Below are positions 56,143 through 64,000 of a DNA stretch of 64,000 bases, piece by piece. The notes beneath the pieces were generated by a model, which made no database searches, was not told the origin of the DNA, and worked only from the letters and a program-made list of their open reading frames with translations. Numbering within the stretch: position 1 is the stretch's first letter; each line of letters starts with the position of its first letter. The translations under genes were made by a program, and so were the position numbers. The stretch is taken from NCBI GenBank assembly GCA_013416795.1, contig RQSC01000015.1, forward strand, positions 399,255 to 463,254, written 5' to 3'. The DNA comes from Prasinococcaceae sp. CCMP 1430 (lineage: Eukaryota > Plantae > Prasinodermophyta).

Positions 56143-59100
56143 TCAGCTGGGGCTGAAGCCGTCGTCCCCACCGGCCTCCTTCGGCGAATAAGAGGGCCTT
56201 CGGAGAGAGAAGATGGGTGATTGGGCACACATAGAGTGCGAGTCAGCGCAGCTCATACACATGCGAGTTTGGACAAGAATGAATCGCTGTTGGCGCGTAG
56301 GTCCACACGCACAGGCTGGCAAAAACGAGCGGCATGAGCGCAACGTACGATGTTGGCGAGTACGAGGGACTCGTGGGCGAGTACGATGGACTGTGCAGAG
56401 AGCACAGCAGCGCGACCGCGGTCGCCAAGGGCGTGCCAGACAAGCCGCCAAGCGTCAGTTGTCAGTCGAGCAGAAAAATCAAAAATCGAAAACGAAACAT
56501 GGAAGAGGGTGGCACGAGCGCGCAGCGAGCTCGACGGGGCGCAGTCGCGCGCCACCAACCTTGTCGGCGAGTACGAGGGGCTCGTGGGTGAGTACGATGG
56601 ACTGTGCAGAGAGCACAGCAGCGCGACCGCGGTCGCCAAGGGCGTGCCAGACAAGCCGCCAAGCGTCAGTTGTCAGTCGAGCAGAAAAATCAAAAATCGA
56701 AAACGAAACATGGAAGAGGGTGGCACGAGCGCGCAGCGAGCTCGACGGGGCGCAGTCGCGCGCCACCAACCTCGTCGGCGAGTACGAGGGGCTCGTGGGC
56801 GAGTACGATGGACTGTGCAGAGAGCACAGCAGCGCGACCGCGGTCGCCAAGGGCGTGCCAGACAAGCCGCCAAGCGTCAGTTGTCAGTCGAGCAGAAAAA
56901 TCAAAAATCGAAAACGAAACATGGAAGAGGGTGGCACGAGCGCGCAGCGAGCTCGACGGGGCGCAGTCGCGCGCCACCAACCTCGTCGGCGAGTACGAGG
57001 GGCTCGTGGGCGAGTACGATGGACTGTGCAGAGAGCACAGCAGCGCGACCGCGGTCGCCAAGGGCGTGCCAGACAAGCCGCCAAGTGTCAGTTGTCAGTC
57101 GAGCAGAAAAATCAAAAATCGAAAACGAAACAAAAAATCAGCCTCGGAAGGGGGCGGCGCGAGCGCGCAGCGAGCTCGACGGGGCGCAGTCGCGCGCCAC
57201 CAACCTTGTCGGCGAGTACGAGGGGCTCGTGGGTGAGTACGATGGACTGTGCAGAGAGCACAGCAGCGCGACCGCGGTCGCCAAGGGCGTGCCAGACAAG
57301 CCGCCAAGTGTCAGTTGTCAGTCGAGCAGAAAAATCAAAAATCGAAAAAGAAACAAAAAATCAACGGAAGAGGGCGGCACGAGCGCGCAGCGAGCTCGAC
57401 GGGGCGCAGTCGCGCGCCACCAACCTCGTCGGCGAGTACGAGGGGCTCGTGGGCGAGTACGATGGACTGTGCAGAGAGCACAGCAGCGCGACCGCGGTCG
57501 CCAAGGGCGTGCCAGACAAGCCGCCAAGCGTCAGTTGTCAGTCGAGCAGAAAAATCAAAAATCGAAAACGAAACATGGAAGAGGGTGGCACGAGCGCGCA
57601 GCGAGCTCGACGGGGCGCAGTCGCGCGCCACCAACCTCGTCGGCGAGTACGAGGGGCTCGTGGGCGAGTACGATGGACTGTGCAGAGAGCACAGCAGCGC
57701 GACCGCGGTCGCCAAGGGCGTGCCAGACAAGCCGCCAAGCGTCAGTTGTCAGTCGAGCAGAAAAATCAAAAATCGAAAACGCACGGACGGGGGCGGCGCG
57801 AGCGCGCAGCGAGCTCGACGGGGCGCAGTCGCGCGCCACCAACCTCGTCGGCGAGTACGAGGGGCTCGTGGGTGAGTACGATGGACTGTGCAGAGAGCAC
57901 AGCAGCGCGACCGCGGTCGCCAAGGGCGTGCCAGACAAGCCGCCGAGCGTCAGTTGTCAGCTCAAAAACATTGTGAAACGAAACAACAAGAATCAATCGC
58001 GAACGAGAGCGCGCTCGACGGAGCGCAGGCGCGCGCCACCAACCTCGTCGGAGAGTACCCCGGGCTTCGCGGGGAGCAGAGCATGGCCGCGGAGGTCGCA
58101 CAGGGCGAGCCATACAAGGCAGCCGCGCCGCGCGTCACTTGTCAGCAACCAATGAACAATTGTGAAACGAAACAACAAGAATCAATCGCGAACGAGATCA
58201 GCGCGCTCGACGGAGCGCAGGCGCGCGCCACCAACCTCGTCGGAGAGTACCCCGGGCTTCGCGGGGAGCAGAGCATCGCCGCGGAGGTCGCACAGGACGA
58301 GCAATACAAGGCAGCCGCGCCGCGCGTCACTTGTCAGCCGAGCAGCACCAGAAAACAATTGTGAAACGAAACAACAAGAATCAATCGCGAACGAGGTCCG
58401 CGCACACAAGAGCAGCGCGCTCGACGGAGCGCAGGCGCGCGCCATCCACCTTGTTGGCGAAAACCCCGGCGATGTTGGGCTGAACCCCGGGCTCGGCCCC
58501 ACTCCGCCCCCACCCCCACCACCGCTCGCCCCGTACGGCGAGAACATGACGCTCCCCAGCCCGCCGCTCCTCAGCGGGCTGCTGCCGTGCGCCATGGGCG
58601 ACATGGCCGCCGAGAGCACGGGCGTCCTGCCACCCTCGTTGATCCCGCCCTCCTCTCCCACCGTCGCCAATTCGATCGCGTCCGCCAGCCCATCCTCCTC
58701 GAGCATGATGTCGAACGCCCCGGTGCCCAGCGGCCCGAGCTGGCCGAGCATCACCTGCGCGCTCACCCCCCTCAGGTCGTCCTTTTCACTAAACATGGCG
58801 GCCTGCATCAGGATATCGACGGTCTCCTCAAAGGAGCACCGCATGAGCGGCCCCGAGTTCAACCGATTGATCCCGTGCCTGCTGATCGACATCAGGTGGC
58901 CCCTGTACGTCATGACGTCGCACATGATCGCCAGGTGCCTGTAGTTCACGTAGCTCCCGTCGAAGGAGATCACGTTCCTCACCTCGTTCAGCAGCGCCCC
59001 GCGCACGGCCTCCACCCCCAGCACCTCCATCACCTCCACCAAATGGTTGCTTGTCGTCCTGCTCCCATCGACGTCCTCCTCGCTCATCACTCTCAGCAAG

Positions 59101-62100
59101 TTGACCCCCTCCGTGTCCAGCATCCACTCGTTGGCCGTCACGAACCCCGTGTCGGCACTCGGGTCGTGCCTGGTCCGCTTGGTCTCACGAATGAACACCT
59201 TCTTGATGTCCGGCACGCCCCGAAGCGCCATCGAGTTCAGCATGTTCATCTCGATCATCTTCAAAAACATGTCGTCCTCGCCGTCGGATCCTCCAGAAGA
59301 GCCCTTCTCCCCGTCCATGACGTCCTCCATGATCCTGAGCCGCATGACCAGCTTCTCGGCGTTGTCATCGCTGTAAATCACGTTCAGATCGTCCCCAAAC
59401 TCATCGGTGATCTTCCGCGCGACGTCCTCCATCCGCAAGCTCTTGTCCACCATCATCTCGCGGTTCAATTCGATCCTCAGCATCCACGGACTCGCCCTGT
59501 CCAAATCCACCTCCTCATCGGGCATCTCGTGGTACGCCTCCACGAACTCCTTGTCCTCCGCGATCACCGTTCCCCTCACGTCGGGGTCGTACCAGATCTC
59601 AGTCATGGCAGTCACGCTCTTCAGAGTGGTGTACTCCAGCCTGCACTGCACCGCCTTGGCCTCCTCCCTGTCCCTCCCACACCTGTCGCTCAAGTACACG
59701 CTCAAGCTGGGCGTCTTGACCGTCTTGGCAATGTTCATGATCTCCTTCAGCCTGGGCACGCCCAGCGTCACGTTCTTGGCCGACACGCCCGCGTAGTGGA
59801 AGGTGTTCAGCGTCATCTGCGTGGCGGGCTCCCCCACGCTCTGCGCGGCGATCGTGCCGATCATCTCGCCCGGGTGCACCAGGCTCTGCGCGAAGCGGCT
59901 CTCGATTTCACCCAGCACCCAGTCCAGCCCGGCCTCGTTCAGCCGATACCTGCTGCACACCTCTTTGGAACTCAGCGTCATGCGCACGAAGGCGCCGTAC
60001 AGCAACGTCGCGTTCCTCTGCGCCTCCTGGGACAGCCCGTCCTCCCCTGGAACCACGACCAATTTCTCGCAAAGCCGCGCGACTTTCTGCGCCACCTCCG
60101 AAGGACAGAGGTCGCTCTTCGGCTTCAGAAGCACCGAGTGCGATCCTTCGCTCTCGACGAACCTCTTCCGCGCGTTCCAGATCAGCCGGTCCAGGTTCAG
60201 CGGCAAGAACACCGAGTCATCGCCCGAGCTCAGCACCTCGCTGCGCAGCACCTGCAGGTCCTCGCGCAGCGCCCTCTCCTCCTCGCTCAGGATCGCAATC
60301 CTTGCGGCGTCCCCCCTCAGGCGCTCGAACACGTCCTTGTCCAAATACTCGCCCGCCTTGTCGACGTCAACGACGTACCGCCGATCGAAGGCAGCCTTGC
60401 CGCTCCTCAGGTTCTTGATCTTCTGCGACTCGATGTGCACGGCGTCCATCCCGTCCTCGCCGTAGAGGAACTGGATCACATCCCCGAGCGAGTTCCTCAC
60501 CGTGCCGTCGTACTGCGCGCTCAAGTCCTCCATGGCCTTCACCAGCCTTCTTTGAATATACCCCGTCTCGGCCGTCTTCACGGCCGTGTCGATGAGGCCC
60601 TCGCGGCCGCCCATGGCGTGGAAGAAGAACTCCTGCGGCGTGAGGCCGCGCAGGTAGCTGTTCTCGACGAAACCCCGACTCTCGGGACCGAAGTCGTCTT
60701 TCGTGAAGTGCGGCAGGGTCCGATCCACAAAGCCGAAGCGAATCCGTTTGCCCTCGACGTTCTGCTGCCCGACGCACGCCGTCACCTGCGAGATGTTGAT
60801 GAACGAGCCCTTGCTGCCCGCGTCGACCATCTGCTTCATGTTGTTGAGCTCCCTCAGCGAGCGCTGCGCGCGCTGGCCGGCGTCGTCGCGCGCCTTGTTG
60901 AGCACCTGGTTGACCTTGTTCTCGAAGCTCTCCTGCATCGTCCGCCCGGGCTGCGGCTCGAGCTGCCCGTTCTGCGCCTGCTGGATCAAGTCCTTCACCT
61001 GGCTCTTCGCGTCGGCGATCGTCTCGGTGATCTGCTTCATCGTCGCGTTGTCCGGGATGCCATCCCCGATGCCGATGGAGAAGCCGGTGTGCAGCAGCCA
61101 GTGGTTCACCAGCGTCTGCGTCTGGTTCAGGAAGCTGCGCGTGGCCGCGGGGCCGTGCTCCTGCCAGATGGTGTGCACGAGGCCGCCGGGCGCCGTCCCC
61201 ATCGACTTCTTGCACAGCATGCCGTGGAGCAGCTTGCCGCGCTCGATGCGTACCTGCGTGTCCCCGGCCGAGAAGTCCTTGATCTCGCCCTCCCGGTGCC
61301 CCGCGGCGGTGCGAGTCAGGTTGACGTCCGGCAGGAAGAGGTTGAACACCTGCTTGCCGGTCCACAGCGGCCTGGGCTTCAGGATGGCCGGCACGGGCAT
61401 CTTGCCCTGGAACTCCTCGGCCCACAGCATGATGTTCATCATGAGGTCCTTCTCAATGAAGCAATCCCTCTTGGTGATGTTGCGGCACCCCAGCAGGGTG
61501 TCCTGCACGATACCGATGACCGGCTTGTTGCCCTGCGGGCTGACGATGCAGCGCGGCACCATCATCATCTCGCTCACCTCGGCGCGCGTCTCGAACGTCT
61601 GCGGCACGTGCAGGTTCATCTCGTCGCCGTCGAAGTCGGCGTTGTACGGCGAGGTGACCGACAGGTTGAGGCGGAACGTGGAGTAGGGGAAGATGCGCAC
61701 CTTGTGCCCCATGATGGACATCTTGTGCAGCGACGGCTGGCGGTTGAAGAGCACCACGTCGCCGTTCTGCAGGTGGCGCTCCACCTTGAAGCCCACCTCG
61801 AGCGCCCGCTCGCTCGGGCCGAGGGCGTAGCGCAGGTCGATGCGCGAGCCGTCGGGGCGGATGATGTAGTTGGCGCCGCGCTCGCCGGGCGGCGGGTTGG
61901 GCCCGTTCTCCACGAGCTGCTGCAGCTTGTCGACGTTGTACGGCGTGACGCACTCCGGCACGGTGAGCGTCTGGGAGATGCTCAGGGGCACGCCGACCTC
62001 GTCGATCGAGATGTTGGGGTCGGCGGTGATGACGGTGCGCGCGGAGAAGTCCACGCGCTTGCCCATCAGGTTGCCGCGGATGCGGCCCTCCTTGCCCTTG

Positions 62101-63535
62101 AGGCGCTGGCAGATCGACTTGATGGGCCGGCCCGAGCGCTGCGTGCTCACCGGCACGCCGGGGATGGTGTTGTCCATGTACGTGATCACGTGGTACTGCA
62201 CGAGCTTGGTGTACTCGGCCAGGATGTGCGCGGGGGCGCCGAGCTCGTCCTGCTGCTTCAGCTTGGCGTTCGCGCGCACGATCTCGCTCAGCTTGTGCGT
62301 GCAGTCGTCCTCCGAGCGCCCGCCGTCCATGGCGACGCTGGGGCGCACCGCCGGCGGCGGCACGGGCATGGCGGTGATCACCATCCAGTCGGGGCGCGCG
62401 AACTCGGGGTCGAGGCCGAGCACGCGCACGTCCTCGTCCGAGATGCGGCGCAGGATCTCGTGCACGCGCTCCGCGCTGAGCTCCATCTTGCTCTCCTCGG
62501 GCGCGATCACGTCGGAGTCCGCGCCTTTCTTGGTCTTGAACTCGGCCATGAAGGTGATGCCGTCCTGCAGGGTGATCTTCGGCTGCAGCGCGTTGGTCGC
62601 CTCCGACACGTCGATGTTCTGGCTAGCCTGCGCGATGCGCGTGAGGCGCTGGAAGCCGTTCTTGATCCTGCGCGCGGCGACCATGCGGCGGTCGGGCTCG
62701 TTGCCGTCCGCGTCCTTCTCCGCACGCAGGCGCAGCTTGGACGTGAAGAAGCACACGCTGCGCAGGACCTTGAGCACGATCTTCACGAAGTGCGGGTGGA
62801 ACACCGGCTTGGCGAGGTCGATGTGGCCGAAGTAGCCCGGGCACTCGTTGATGTCGTTGCCGTCCGTCAGGCAGTTGAGCGCCTTGTCGACGGTGCCCAG
62901 GCGCAGGTCATTGACGCCGCCCGCCTTGGGCTTGCCCTTGTCCATCGAGTCGCCGGAGGTGATCTGCGCGACCGAATACCTCCGCTGCGGGGCGCGCGGC
63001 GCGAGCGGACGGCGAGCGCGCGTGCGCGGGGGCGGATGGGCGCACAGGGGTGCGCGCGGGTCGCAGGGCGCCATGCGAGCGCATCATCATTAGCGACGAC
63101 GGGATGCCGATGAGCTCGGCCCAGCTGCCTGCGTCTGGCGTCCGCGCGGGCGCGGGGCGCGCTCCCACAGCCTGGCCGCGACGCGATGCAACACGGCATG
63201 CGCGCCGCGGCAGCGGAGGCTAGGCTGGACGGGCGCGCTCGCGCGCTCGCGCTCGCGGCGCCCACTCTCGCGCGAGCGCATCGCGACGACGCGGGCACTG
63301 CGACGAGGCGCGTGTGCTGCGGCTCCCGCTGTGCGCGGCGCGGCGCCCCCGCCTCGCTCCGCTAGGGTTGCACCCATGCGCAGGCGCAAGCGAGGCCTCG
63401 CGACGCCACCCGCCGCCACGCCCTGTCGCGCGCACTCACCACCTCCTCGGGCGACAGGATGCCGAACTGCACCGCCTGCACGCGGCGCAGCTCGCAGCTC
63501 GAGTAGTCGAACTTGTCATGGACGGACGACGCCAT
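56143..63535 (-). CDS. RPB1: RNA polymerase II largest subunit; exons 63440..63535, 58450..62984, 58236..58256, 58044..58064, 57844..57885, 57636..57677, 57425..57466, 57205..57246, 56982..57023, 56771..56812, 56560..56601, 56349..56390, 56143..56197
   Basis: VQFGILSPEE, GKEGRIRGNLMGKRVDFSARTVIT, catalytic NADFDGD, bridge helix TAVKTAETGYIQRRL, trigger loop MTLNTFHYAG. Splicing at GT-AG sites gives FSPTSPG x2, YSPTSPG, YSPTSPS x17, YSPKEAGGDDGFSPS*. Confidence 0.95.
56349..58449. repeat. Tandem exon+intron array (units about 190-225 bp) encoding the CTD
   Basis: Eight 42-nt and two 21-nt heptad-coding cores, each followed by near-identical intron sequence. Confidence 0.95.
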
Positions 63536-64000
63536 GGCCGCCGCGGGGGAGGGCGCGCCCCTTGCCTCCCTCGCGAGCCTCGCCCGCGCGAGCTGCCCCT
63601 GCGGCCCGGCGCGCGCTCGAGCGCTTACCCGTTGTATCATACTGTAGACCTCAAAAGTCCAGCCACACCTCCACGGAAACTATCCCTCGAATTTCTCCAA
63701 AGGAGCGCACTTGTTATTTCAACATTACCTACATTCGCGGGATATGCGCGGAATAGCGCCGCATTTCCGCGTCTTTTTTCCGCGGAGCCCATCGAAACGC
63801 AGCCGCCGGCGGCCGATCGGGAGCGCGGCAGCGCGCGGCGCCGCGCGCAGGACGTGGATTCCATTTTTATCGCCATAAATATTGGATTCCATATGGAATC
63901 CATATGTTTCTGGGATGTTGAATGGCGCAGAAGGCTCGGCTGGGGCGCGAATGCGCGAGCGAGGCGCCCGCGCCCGCGCGGCCGGCAGCTTCCCGCGCGC

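Noticed and set aside
56243-56348. Hydrophobic alternative tail (YVALMPLVFASL...) if the last intron were retained
   Set aside because: A good GTACGT donor and an in-frame terminal exon (SPSYSPKEAGG...) explain the region. There is no evidence for retention.
56213-58155. Long plus-strand ORFs (587 and 601 aa) across the CTD array
   Set aside because: They are the antisense of a T-poor repeat unit. They cycle through frames, and the third frame is broken by TGA wherever a synonymous RPB1 variant occurs, so no selection on them is evident.
56349-58256. CRISPR-like appearance of the regular repeat array
   Set aside because: Units are near-identical throughout with no unique spacers, there are no cas genes, and the context is eukaryotic. 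The exon-intron model explains it.
58182-58449. ORF-track C-terminus of RPB1 (RWMARACAPSS...)
   Set aside because: It is read-through into the first CTD intron, starting exactly at an AG|GT donor.

Overview
GC-rich eukaryotic nuclear scaffold with several N gaps, most likely from a prasinophyte-like green alga. This is inferred from TTTAGGG repeats, GT(G/A)CG and GTGAG intron donors, TGTAA motifs after some stops, a plastid-type rps4/psbJ fragment and flagellar genes. About 20 tightly packed genes are supported: a large Ser/Thr kinase, an EGLN-like 2OG oxygenase, two TPT-family transporters, a TTM1/2-like uridine-kinase/CYTH protein, a NamZ/DUF1343 muramidase, IFT172, a WDR60-like dynein-2 intermediate chain, a mitochondrial carrier, a folate-biopterin transporter, a TraB protein, RAD51D, a trithorax-like SET protein, CFAP69-like, a deoxynucleoside kinase, a giant coiled-coil protein, two ankyrin proteins and RPB1. 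The main discovery is that the RNA polymerase II CTD is not encoded contiguously. It is assembled from a tandem array of 21-nt and 42-nt phase-symmetric micro-exons (one or two heptads each) separated by 11 introns, 10 of them near-repeated. The ORF track misreads this array as long antisense ORFs. Other notable items are a plastid DNA insert, a 930-bp TIR element, an interstitial telomere array, an in-frame TAA inside the kinase domain and apparent loss of the RPB1 clamp zinc ligands. Exon structures are read by eye, without transcript data.
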